From Lepidodermella squamata (taxonomy: Eukaryota; Animalia; Gastrotricha), in the NCBI GenBank assembly GCA_047495785.1, contig JBLDXI010000023.1, forward strand, positions 992,001 through 1,056,000: 64,000 bases of DNA, given 5' to 3'. Positions 10,345 to 22,694 of this stretch are shown piece by piece; position 1 is the first letter of the stretch; every line of letters begins with the position of its first letter. The translations under genes were made by a program, and so were the position numbers. Under the pieces are notes generated by a model. It ran no database searches and had not been told where the DNA came from. It was given only the letters and a program-made list of their open reading frames with translations.

Positions 10345-13300
10345 TCCTGGCCAGCCTCCAAGACTGGGACTTGTCCCCTGCGTAATACCAAGCGTAGTAA
10401 CGAGACGAGTAGTAGTTGTACTAGAAGTTCCGACGCTAGTCGTTGTTGTAGCAGTGGTCGTTATCAAGTAAAACGGCATCGGTTTAGCCGTAACAGCTCC
10501 AGCGGCTTCGAGTGCGGCTATAGCCCGTGTATTGCTGTATATCAGCGCTAAATCAAGCGGAGAATAGCCTTCGTCATTCAGCGAATTGAAATTAGCTCCA
10601 GCTTCAATCAACTCGTTCACATTTAGTGTGAATTCTCGAGCTGAGAGGATGTGCGGAAGAGTATCTCCCCTGCGTAGTTTTCGATTGATATTGTACCCTT
10701 TTTGAACTAGAAGCTTGGCAAAACCGTAAAAATTGCGGTATTTTGGAAAAACGGTCAGGCACGTGTCGTTGTTTTTGTTTTGAGAATTCACATCCAGTCC
10801 AGTCAAATTTGCAAAGACCCTAACTCGGGAAAGAGCGAAGTCGGCATTCTTACAAGTCAACAAAAAGGCGTTATTCCCATCAATGTCAACAGCCGATAAA
10901 TCCGCACCTGAAGCGATGAGGAGATCAGCTACACTTTCCTTACTTTCACTGGCTGCAATCATTAGCGGAGTTTTACCAGTTGATTCTCGTTCTTCTAGGC
11001 CAATGCCAGGAGTTGCGATCAATAATCTCGCCAGATCAACGTCATCTACACGTGCAGCTAGATGTAGCAATGTATAATTTGTGTATCCGTATGAGGTTGA
11101 ATTAATCCTGATTGTAACATCGGCCCCTTTCGATATCAGATATTCGTAGACTTGAACGCGATCTGACGACTTTAAGTACATGGCTGCGGCTACAAGTGGA
11201 GTCCTGCCTTCGGTATCCTTGTCCGAAACAGAATTTCCAGCGACCTCAATGGCGAATTTCACCATTTGGAGAGCAGGAATCTGGGAAATCCGACAGGCCT
11301 CTAGAAGGATATGATCCACGTTTTTAGAAGCTCCCTGTGAAACCAGGAATTTCACAATTTCAAGATTCGTTGCCGTAGCGTCGAGAATTGCCGTTCTTCC
11401 GTTCGCTTCTAAATCGACATCTGCACCGAATTGCACGAGCAATTTAACCAAATCAAGGCGACCTTGTTCAGCTGCAAGCATTAGGGCGGATTTCTTGAAT
11501 TTCGGGTGAATCGCATTTGCATCGCCGTCATTTTCGAGTAGAATCTGAAGCATTTCTAACGAAGCATTGGCAACACTTATAACAGCAGCCACCACTGGGA
11601 TAGGTTTGTAGTAAGTTAAGGTCCCGCAACCAACGTAATCGTCGTGCTCCTCCATTATAAGAGCGTCCCCGCGGGCTTGATTGAGTCGAATCATTTCGCG
11701 AACAGCAGTAACGTTCCCAGTTGCGACTTTTCCGGTAAATTCCTAGTGAAAACAAAATGTAATCACTGGCGAAATGGGTGCAAGGTGCAAGTAAAAAATG
11801 TGTTAAATATAATCAAGGGGTATTAAGTTTGAGAGAGGCCTTACTCGCCTAGTAAAGGAAAATGTATTAGAATCAATATTGGTGAGTATAAAATTTCAGG
11901 AGGAACTGCTCTACGCCGACTAGAAATCGTGAAATCATAGAAATTAAGATCAACAATTTTCTGGTGCAATTTGAACTGGCAAAGATGCAATCTCTACAAT
12001 CATTCCTCGGCTGGAAACCAAATTGACGCCTGGGAATTTTCGCGCTTCCAGAATTTACCAAAAACCAAATTAATTGACAGGAATGAGTTGATTCCGTTGA
12101 AGGGAATTTAAAAGGTTATATAACGACAGCTTTTAGAAAAAGGTTCCCCCATCGATAAAGTAAACTATTACATCATATTTTTATATTGCACATTTTCCGT
12201 TATGCTGTTGTATCAACTAATTGTAACCCACCGAGATGAGCGATTCATTCCGCTCAGCTTTCACGGCTGATCGGGTAATTGTGCTAGTCTTCATTGCAAC
12301 GGTTGATCTTGCCTTGAAAATAGCTCCAACAATCGGCTTCAGACCATCATTAATTGCCTCGTCGCTAGGTGTCAATGGCCAAATCTTAGCTGAAGCTATT
12401 GCTGCTGATGTCGTCGAAAATGTGGAAGAACTCGTTGTTGTCGAAGTTACTGGACTGGTCGATGATCTCTTGACTAACTCACTGCCCAAGGCAGCGCCTC
12501 GTCTTCTCAAATTGCCGATACTGAATTCATCTTTCCACATTGTTGCGACGTCCAAGGCAGTTTGGCCCATGTCATTTGTTGCATTTACATCAACGCCAAG
12601 ATCGAGCAAGGCCAGAAGAGTATGCTCCCGATCTTTTGACAATGCTGCTGCGGACATTAGTGCGTTATAGCCCGAATAACCCCTAAGGTCGAAATTGTAG
12701 CCTTTACTAGCCAGGTACTGTATAATTTCAACCAAGCCCAAGTCACCCACCTGCCAACTATTTCGCCATTGAAGGCGATAGTCGCAAGGTGCAAATTTCG
12801 ACCTTGAATTAATGTCATTTTGTCCGATTTCGATGGCAAACTTGATAAACGTTAAGTGGACCGGGCTTGAAGGATCAATTCGACAAGCTTGAAGCAACAT
12901 ATTATCGCCTTCGTCATTACGAGCCTGCCTTTCGGCTCCTTGGTCGATCAAGTATTGAAGTAAACCAAGGGAATAGCCAGCCCTAGCCGCGAACAGCAAA
13001 GGCGTGTTGCCTTCCTTGTCCCTCGCATTGACATCCATCTTGAACTGCTCGACCAGTAATTTAGCAAACGGCACGGGATCAGCAGTGTCAACCCGGCAAA
13101 GTAAGTGAAGGGCAGTTTGTCCGGCGGAGCTTCTGGAATCTGGCGATTCGAATGGCAGCAAGTAGTAAACAAGACGGAGATATTCTTGAGTGATTGGGCC
13201 GTCAAAAGCAACCATCAACGCTGTTTGGCCCTTCTGGTCTCGAACGTCAGTCCTTGCTCTGTACTTTTCAACTAGGAGTCTCACTAGGTCCAGCCGGCCA

Positions 13301-13710
13301 TTTCTTGCTGCCCAGAGAAATGGAGATTCCGAATCAGCCCTGGTATCGATCAACTCCTCGACATTTTGACCGCTTTGCTGTTTGTAGGAGCCATTCGCAT
13401 TTGCGCCATTTTGTAGTAGCAGTTCCACCATTTCGGAGCTCTGATTCGTTCGAATTGCATTGACTAAAGCCGGTGCTCGGTTTCCTGGTCGGTAAACTGC
13501 CGGGGAATTTGCGTTAACAAGCCCCAAATTCAAAAGTTGCTGAACTGAAGAGATTTGTCCCGACATAACAGCTTGGTTGAAAGCCTAAATCGATCACTTA
13601 AAACCTGAAGAAACTAAATATGGCCAAGGTCTTACGCTGTCGTAATCGATCGCCCTTGCGTGAATGATCGCACCCGTGAAACATATTTCGAACAAAATTA
13701 CGTTGATCAT
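10333..13710 (-). CDS. Secreted ankyrin-repeat protein, copy 2 (3 exons, 945 aa)
   Basis: Exons 13710-13636 (MINVILFEICFTGAIIHARAIDYDS), 13584-12232 and 11742-10333. Same phase-0 GT-AG introns as copy 1. Ends GGWPGWKI. Confidence 0.9.
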
Positions 13711-14759
13711 TTAACTTCAAAATTGAGATTCTAAAGAGAATTTTCAAACAATGCTCAAAACAACGAGGCGTCAATGTTTTTTTCAGCAATCATTAGGCAA
13801 TAAAATACGATTATATTACGGCATTGCTGAGTGTGGTCAGCCACGAGGTTTATTCACCTTGAGGGATTGTGTATTTTCTACTTAGGTAAACGGCAATCAT
13901 TCGACATCGAAATCTTTATAAATTATTTGAAAAAACGCCCGAACCTTGGAGACACGAATGATTTTTCAGCTATTATTAAGATATAAAAACACGATACTAC
14001 TGCGGCATTCTTGCCGAGCGTGGTCATCCAGGTTTGCCAAAGAGGTTTTTTCATGTGGGGATTCGTCTTTTTCTTCTGCTCAATAACGTGACGCCATTGT
14101 GTGTTTAACTCAGCGTCGTGTTTACATGGTCACCCAATTTCGCATCATGGCTACTGTTTACTGAGGCAAAGGATTTTCTGAATTCTGACAACAATTCCCA
14201 TCATTTTGAAATCTGGTTTTAGCGTCCGAAGGAGGCGCTACATAGACCAAATATTTATGCAGTTTACCTTCTTATTATTGATATTTTTGTATATTTTGAA
14301 ATCGGAAGGAGAGGAAAAAGAGATATATCACGCCACGTTGGGGTTCGCTGGGTGGTCCTTACCCTTTGACGAAGGAGGACAGTTCTGTTGATATTCGGTA
14401 GCTGAAATCGGGTGAGAGTACAGTAAATAAATGGAGAACATGGCGTGATTACACTCTCATTCTTTGTCCTTGAGAATTGGCAACAATCACCCTCGAAATG
14501 TAAAATTTTGCAAATTTTGCATGCATTTAACCCCTCGCTTCAGGATTAGGAGTAAGATTAGCAGTATTAAGAGCGGGACTGGCGGCGGCGTCGGACTTCA
14601 TGTTGCTAAGATTAGCATGGGTTAACAAAGACGAGAAATGCTCAATGCTCAATATCTATTTTAAATTTTATCCAATCAAACTCATTGGCTCTGTTCGCGC
14701 TACCGTAAATTGGGGCAAATGCAAAGTGCCCTAAATCTGTGACCGAATCGCGAGCTTCA

Positions 14760-15130
14760 CCTCGTCATTCTGACACCGGAGACGACGCCTGACGCCTTCC
14801 AGCATGATGCTGTGGCTGAAGTTGAAAAGCTATCCGGAAACAGATTCTCCTTCTTCAATTCTATATCTCGCCATTACTTGCAATGTGCTGAATTATAGAA
14901 GAAGGCCCTTGATTCCATGCATCAGTCAGCCTTAGCAAAACAAGATGACAGTTTCCCTCATCCTTGCTCGAAAACATTGAGAAGTTTTCGCACTTGGATG
15001 GATGAGAAAATACTCAATCCAATAGTTACTGCAGAATGCGAGCGCGGATTTTCGGCCATGAACCTGATTCACGTTCTGCGTTTGGTGGAGCTCAAGGCTG
15101 AGGCTTGTCGATGATTCTCAGCATCTTGGA
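14760..15130 (+). mobile_element. hAT transposase C-terminal remnant
   Basis: PIVTAECERGFSAMNLI matches the hAT dimerisation-domain motif. Degenerate. Confidence 0.65.
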
Positions 15131-16415
15131 ATTAGCAGAACGATTTCTGGAACCAGCATGCGTTGCGGCATGCAGGTTGCCGTTCGAGCTGGGGTGTCGC
15201 CCAGCACCCCTGTACTTCGCATCCTGGCAGCGTAGACCGAGCGATGATGGCAGTGGGCAGTGGGGACGAACTGGTCGATATTGTGATTTAGAAAGCTCTG
15301 ATGTCGTTGCAGAAAGGTTTTTCGTGTTTACGTTTCAACCCGAGCCCAATCTCGGCCCGTATGCGGTAACTTTACCTCTCCGTGCTCGGGCCGTTCTATA
15401 GCGACGTTTACTGTAAATTCGAAAGAATCAAGCTTCACTGCACACGCGCCGGCAAAGCTGTTGGTCTGAGCACGGCGAACACCAATGGGAACCAGCGCTA
15501 TTGCTCAGCGCCGACTCGGGCCGCCGATCTGGAATGTGAGCCTACAAGATTTATTTATTACCTATATTTATTTATTTCTTTCAATGTCTTGCAATTATCG
15601 CTTGAGCGATCGAAGCAAATTTCAGAGAAAAAGAAAAATTGCGGCGAGAATTCGTGTCAAAAAGAAAAGGTGAAAAGGTTTCAGTTATTTAGCCTGCGAA
15701 AGAAAGATGAGTGAAATTGAATGTGACCGAAATAAAAAGTGAAAAGTGGCGTTTGGCGATATTTTTGACATCAAAAAGCGGCTTCAAAGATTACAGGGGA
15801 ATCTAATTTATAAAAAAAATTATAATTTATAAAAACTAAGTTTTTCTTTGCAAAAATTTCGTCGCGAAATAAATTCTGCTTCTATTTTCATATGCAGACG
15901 TCAACCAAAAGCGAAAAGCCTTTTCGGCGACATTTTGGGGCCTTCCGTCCATTCAGGTGGATGGGAGCCTCCTAGAGGTCTGAAATTTGAAAATTCGAAA
16001 TCCTCAACAAAAACTGAGAAATCCCAGAATCGTCCCACTTACGCGTCAATACGCGTTCTGCCATTTGCTGGAAAATGCAGAAAATACGCCAAGCCCCACT
16101 TTTCACTTATTTTCGGTCATATTTCATTTATCGAATGAATCACGCGTATTTCGAATAAATGATTCACATTCATCCGTTATTAGGATCTAGGTTCACAAAA
16201 AATCTCAAAACAAAATAGTGTAGAAGGCACGCGACCGCGCTTTTCTACGTTGACAAGACTTTTTATTTTCACTGCACAACAATAAAATTTTAATTTACAA
16301 ATACACATAATCCATGATTGGCAATCAGCTTCAGAGAAGCCGGCCTAGTGCCACTTATTTATGGTCAGCCCCAGGGACAGGGGACTTTACATTAATCACT
16401 TGCGTACTTCCGAGA

Positions 16416-19400
16416 CTAGTCGCGGGTTGTAGTTCCGACGCTAGTTGTAGCAGTGGTCGTCAAATAGAACGGCATCGGTTTAGCCGTAATAGCTCCAGCG
16501 GCTCTTAGTGCGGCTATAGCCCGTGTATTGCTGTATATCAGCGCTAAATCAAGCGGAGAGTAGCCTTCGTCATTTAGCGCATTGAAATTAGCTCCAGCTG
16601 CAATCAACTCGGCCACATTAAGTGTGACTTCTCGAGCTGAGAGGATGTGCAGAAGAGTATCTCCCTTGCGCAGTTTTCGATTGATATCGTACCCCTTTTG
16701 AACCAGAAACTTGGCAAAACCATCAAAGTCGTAGTATTTCAAAATAAGGGTCAGACACGTGTCGTTGTTCTTGTTCTGAGAATTCACGTCCACTCCAGTG
16801 AAATTTGCAAATAGCCAGGTCAGCGTGAGAAAGATGCTGTCATTCTCACAAGCCAACAAGAACGCGTTATTCCCATCTTTGTCAACAGCCGATAAGTCCG
16901 CACCCGAATCGACGAGAAGATTGGCAACCTTTGCCGCGCTTTCACTAGCTGCAATCATTAGTGGAGTTTTACCAGTTGATTCTCGTTCCTCTAGGCCAAT
17001 GCCAGGAGTCGCGATTAAAAATCTCGCCAGGTCTACGTCATTTTCACGTGCAGCTAGATGTAGCAATGTATAATTTGTGGATCGGTATTTGGTGAAAATA
17101 ATCCTGATTTTAACATCGGCCCCTTTCGATATCAGATATTCAAAGACTTGAACACGATCTGGCGACTTCAAGTAGACGGCTGCGATAACAAGTGGAGTCC
17201 TGCCTTCAGTATCCTTGTCCGAAACAGAATTTCCAGCCTCCTCAATAGCGAATTTCACCACAGGGAGAGCAGGAATCTTGGAAATCCGACATGCCTCTAG
17301 AAGGATATGATCCACGTTTTTAGAAGCTCCCTGTGAAACCAGGAATTTCACAATTTCAAGATTCGTTGCCGTAGCGTCGAGAATTGCCGTTCTTCCGTTC
17401 GCTTCTAAATCGACATCTGCTCCGAATCGCACGAGCAATTTAACCAGATCAATGCGACCTTGATCAGCTGCAAGCATTAGAGCAGATTTCTTGAACTTCG
17501 GGTGAATCGCATTTGCATCGCCGTCATTTTCGAGTAGAATCTGAAGCATTTCTAACGAAGCATTGGCAACACTTATAGCAGCAGCCACCACTGGGATCAC
17601 TGGGAAGTACTCGAAATACATGTGACCGTTCGACTGTTCGATTATAAGAGCGTCCCCGCGGGCTTGATTGAGTCGAATCATTTCACGAACAGCAGTGATG
17701 TTTCCAGCTTTGACTTTTTCAGCAAATTCCTAGCGAAGACACTATTTACACTTTCTTTTTTTATGCGCGTTACGCGAGAGTGGAAAAGATTGTGCCAAGC
17801 TATCACCGCAACATAGAGAAAAAATGACCAGAGTAAGCACTCAAGCTAAAATTGTGATCTGCGTTATTATAGCAGTGCTTTCTCAAAACGGATATCTCCG
17901 TTTTCCACCAAATTTTGCATGCCTATAGAACGCGAGCTGCTCTTTCACGTGGTAAAAGATTTGAGGTAGGCAATTGCTGCTCAGTCTTGATCTCATCAAA
18001 ATAAATGAAACCATGGTGAAAACGCGGTTTTTGTATCGCAACAACGGTTGGGTTGCCCACCTCAAATCTTATACCTCGTGAAAGAGCAGCTCGCGTTCTA
18101 TAGGCATGCAAATTTGGTGGAAAACGGAGATATCCTTTTTCAGACTAAGCCCCCCCCCCCCCCCCCCCCAGCTAATGTAACTGCCTTTTCATAACAACTA
18201 ATTGTAACCTACCGAGATAAACGATTCACTCCGCACAGCTTTCACAGCTGATCGAGTAGTTGTGCTGGTCTTCATTGCAACGGTTGATCTTGCCTTGAAA
18301 ATCGCTCCAACAATCGGCTGCAGACCATCATTGATTGCCTCGTCGCTAGGCGTTAAAGGCCACATTTTAGCGGAATTTCTTGCTGCTGATGTCGTCGAAA
18401 TTGTGGATGAACTCGTTGTTGTCGAAGTTACGGAACTGGTCGATGATCTCGTGACTAACTCACGGCCCAAGGCAGCACCTCGTCTTCTCAAATTGCCGAT
18501 ACTGAATTCATCTTTCAATATTTTCGATATGTCCAAAGCAGTTTCGCCTCTGTCATTTGTTGCGTTTACATCAACACCCAGATCGAGCAAGGCCACAAGA
18601 GTTCGCTCCCGATTCTTAGACGCTGCTGCAGACATGAGTGCAGCATAGCCCGCATGGGACCTAAGGTTGAAATCGTAGCCTTTACTAGCCAGATACTGCA
18701 TTATTTCAACAAGACCCATGTCGCTCACCTGCCCCCCACTTCGCCATTGAAGGCGATAGTCGCAGGCTGCAGCTTTCGACCTTGAATTGACGTCATTCTT
18801 TCCGATTTCGATTGCCAACTTGATAAAAGCTAAGTGGCCCAGCTCAGTATGATCAATTTGACAAGCTTGAAGCAACATATTATCACCTTCGTTATTACTC
18901 GCCAGCGCATCCGCTCCTAGGTCAATCAAATATTGGAGTAGACCGAGGGAATACCCAGTCCTAGCCGCGATCAGCAAAGGCGTGTTGCCTTCCTTGTCCC
19001 TCGCATTGACATCCATTTTGAACTGCTGGACCAGTAATTTAGCAAACGGCACGGGATCAGCAGTGTCAACCCGGCAAAGTAAGTGAAGGGCAGTTTGTCC
19101 GGCGGAGCTTCTGGAATCTGGCGATTCGAATGGCAGCAAGTAGTAAACAAGACGGAGATATTCTTGAGTGATTGGACCGTTAAAGGCAACCATCAACGCC
19201 GTCTGGTTCTTCTGGTCTCGAGCATCCGTCTTTGCTGCGTAATTTTCAACTAGGAGTCTCACTAGGTCCAGCCGGCCATTTCTTGCTGCCCAGAGAAATG
19301 GAGATTCTGAATCAGTTTCAATATTTAGGCCGTTTTGTAGTAGTAATTCGATCATTTCGTAGCTCTGATTTGTTCGAATTGCATTAACCAAAGCCGAGGG

Positions 19401-19667
19401 TCGGCTTTCTAATTGGTAAATTGTCGTGGAATTTGCGTTGACAAGGCCAGAATTTAACATTTGCCGCACGGTAGAAATTTGGCCCGACATAACAGCTTGG
19501 TTGAAAGCCTAAATCAGACACTAAGCACTTGTAGCCTGAAAGAAGCCAAAAAATGTGTGAGGTCTTACGCTGTCGTAATCGACCGCACTGTCGTAATTGC
19601 TCGTACTTACGTGAATGATCGCACCCGTGAAACATATTTCGAACAAAATTATGTAAATGGATATCAT
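16416..19667 (-). CDS. Secreted ankyrin-repeat protein, copy 3 (3 exons, 902 aa)
   Basis: Exons 19667-19569 (MISIYIILFEICFTGAIIHVSTSNYDSAVDYDS), 19508-18213 and 17729-16416. Short tail without the WPGW motif. Confidence 0.88.
17882..18143. mobile_element. MITE in intron 2 of ankyrin copy 3
   Basis: About 90-bp inverted arms ggatatctccgttttccaccaaa...gcatgcctatagaacgcgagctgctctttcacg and its reverse complement. Absent from the other copies. Confidence 0.8.
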
Positions 19668-20719
19668 TTCATTTCAAAACTCAGATACTATAGAGAAATG
19701 TTAAATAATGCTGAAATCAATGATACAAAATTTCAGCTAATATTAAGATAAAAACATGATTCTACTACGGCATTTACGAGCGTGGTCATCCAGGTTTGCC
19801 AAAGAGCTTTTTCACCTTTTTCCTATGTTTTTCTTCTCAATAACGTGGCTCTATTTCACATCATTTCCACTGTTTAGGCAACAAAATCGCTAATAGAGCC
19901 AGTACAGTGTGGTCTGAAACTAGTGAAGAACGCGCATTTCTTCAAGTAATGGCTAATAATCTCGAGGCTAATCCATTTCATCAATCCATCTTCTCGTCTC
20001 TTCGCTAATGCATTGACATTGAATTTAGGATTTAGGATAGACTGCTTACCGACGAGAAAAATGGTGCTATGCCATGGGCACCAGATGGTTAGCTGATTCG
20101 TCAGCGCTTGACGGTATAGCAAAGAAAATATTCGATTGGTTCCGTGACGGTTTGGGTTTCGGAAATAAAATTAATGAATAAAATTAATTTTTTGATCAAT
20201 TAATTTGAAATTAACCGTCCGAGGATAAGTTGAGCAAGGCGTCAACATCTTAGTCACTTTTGCTGCAATAGCTGGAGGCAAACGCTACAGAAAGCTCGCC
20301 AACGATCGATAGCTGAACGATGAATTGAGACCAGCCCGATATCTATGTTTGCGAGGTCTTGCGTTTGAGTTACTTGGCAGACTCAATTGAAAATAGAGAG
20401 AGAATTCAGAGGGGGGATGGAGGGGATCACCCTCCCCAGCTCGGCCGAGCCAGACGACAAACTGAGAATTTTGCTCCGACTCTGCTCGGTTCTAAGCCGG
20501 CAAAAACAGGAAAAAAATGACACCCACTGTGGCAACCGGTAAAAAGTTGACTATCAAAAAGTGTTTTTTTGCTGACAGAAAAACTAAACACCAATGACAT
20601 TTACATATGATGCCTAGAACAACTTCCAACGCTGATTTCAACGGTATAACTTTTATCAGCCTATCTGCCATTTGTGTTACGTAATAAGGGCCGTCCCATA
20701 TATGGGACGCTCGGTCATT

Positions 20720-21850
20720 CTCAGGGTAGATGGTGACATGCGCCCAGTCTTTTGCGCCAAGCGCGTTTGCGCCCACAAAAATGCACCCTGACATTTGCGC
20801 CCAGACTTTTGCGCCCTGTGTTTTCTTAGCTGGAATAACATATTGTTTTCCTAATCGTGTAAATCTTACTATAAACTGGCTGTTACCCTAATAACTGGTC
20901 TATGAATAGAGGAAATATTTCTAAAAATTGTTCTCTTATATCTATGATTCTTTGTTGGCGAAAAGTCAAGCGAGCTCATTAATTCAAATCGCAGTCATTC
21001 TTTGCCAGAAACAAATTGTAGCTGTTTTCTGGCTTGAATGATGTCAATGATTTCATGAAAGATTTCAATTTATTTGCTATCATCTGCAACATAAAAACTC
21101 TGGGCATTAAAAATTGTGTTGGCAACAATTTACAAGAATTCGTCGCATTTACACGAGCTACTTCGTAATTATCGATGTTAATTACTTCGGTTATTGCGGC
21201 ATCATTTTGTCTTTAACTCGACAAAAGTAATCGCGTAAGTAATCGCGATTTCGCAATGACATTTTTGGCTGACACCTGATCTATACAATTCTCCTACTGG
21301 AAAAATAGAACGATCGATTTATAAATTATAAAAATTCTTAAATTCTTGCCAAAATCCTTTTAAAACGATTTATGCACCGAATCGCGTCACTGGGGCAGTT
21401 TCCAGCCATCCTGTATGGATAAAGTACTTGAAAAAATAAACAAAATCAGAAAATATTGATAGTTTCGAGATGTTCTCATTATTTTCGTGGGTTTTGTTAA
21501 GCGTTGCTTTTTGAAGTCCAAACAGGAGCCTAATTTACAAATGTCATGTGACGTGTTGATTTTCTGATATGATGTTTGAGAGTTAGTAGCTAAAAGTATC
21601 AATTGAGCTCAGATAGAGCGAATGAACAAAGTGCCACATATTGCAATGGCGTCTTCTGGCCATTTATTAGCTGGGCGCCGTAGGAAGCGATCCGGACGCT
21701 GATACGCTGGTACACTTGCTTAGGTGGGCGCTGAACGTTCGCAACATGCTGGGTTCGGATAGCCCGAGCGTATCCTTCCTCCTTGATCATGGCGGCCGCA
21801 ATGACCCAGGTGGTTCCCATGCCGGTTCATTCTGTTGTAAAATCCTGCAA
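20720..21850 (-). mobile_element. Degenerate DNA transposon, possibly Mutator-like
   Basis: Subterminal ttgcgcc repeats at 20740-20820. The 21599-21820 peptide resembles MULE transposase C-termini. Confidence 0.35.
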
Positions 21851-22694
21851 AAAATCAGCAAAATAATTATCAAATAATGACTAAAATCAATCCAACCGAC
21901 TAAAATCTACGCCGTCTTTCGTCCGGACTATAGACAATTCGCTTGACATCCGAGGCCCTCTTACCCGCGCTCTTGCTGCCGATATGTAGTAACCCTGCCT
22001 GAAGTCATAAGTCATCTTGTTGACAATTTAATTCTGAATGAAATTCGATAAAATTTTTGTAATTATTGGCTACGAAATGATGCTTGGTGTCATTTTAATA
22101 GAAAAATACGCAAGTGATTTTGATTTGACCGATTTTGATACGCAAGTGATAAAATACGCAAGTGACAAATACGCAAGTGAAGGTAATTCTTAATTTTCAC
22201 TGTAGGATTTTTAGGAGCTAAAAAGTGGAGACGTCTTTTTGTCAGCCGGCATGCTCTGCTTGAGGCGTCCTATCTACGTAACATGCACGTGATAGAACCG
22301 CAAAATTCATGAAAATTGCATTTTTGTGAAAATCGCGGTCCAATAAATGTTTTTTAGTTGCTGTCCATGGTACATACTGCTTGCCTGACAATCGACATCG
22401 AGAATATTTCTATCTCAGCAAAATAAGCAACCATATTGGCAGATGGAGAATGTGTGTATCATACTTTAACCTTGGGCCGCGAGAAAGTTGTCAGCAAACT
22501 TCACACGGGCCATTTCAAATTTATTAATGTTTAATTAGGACAATAAAGTTTGAATTTACAAATATGCATGATCCAGGATAGCAAACGGCTCCAGAAAAGT
22601 CAGTTCAATGCCACTTATTTGATATTTCCATCATCACCAGCCTCAGAGACCAGAGACTAAGGACCCTAGCTGAATCACTTGTGTACTTCCGACA

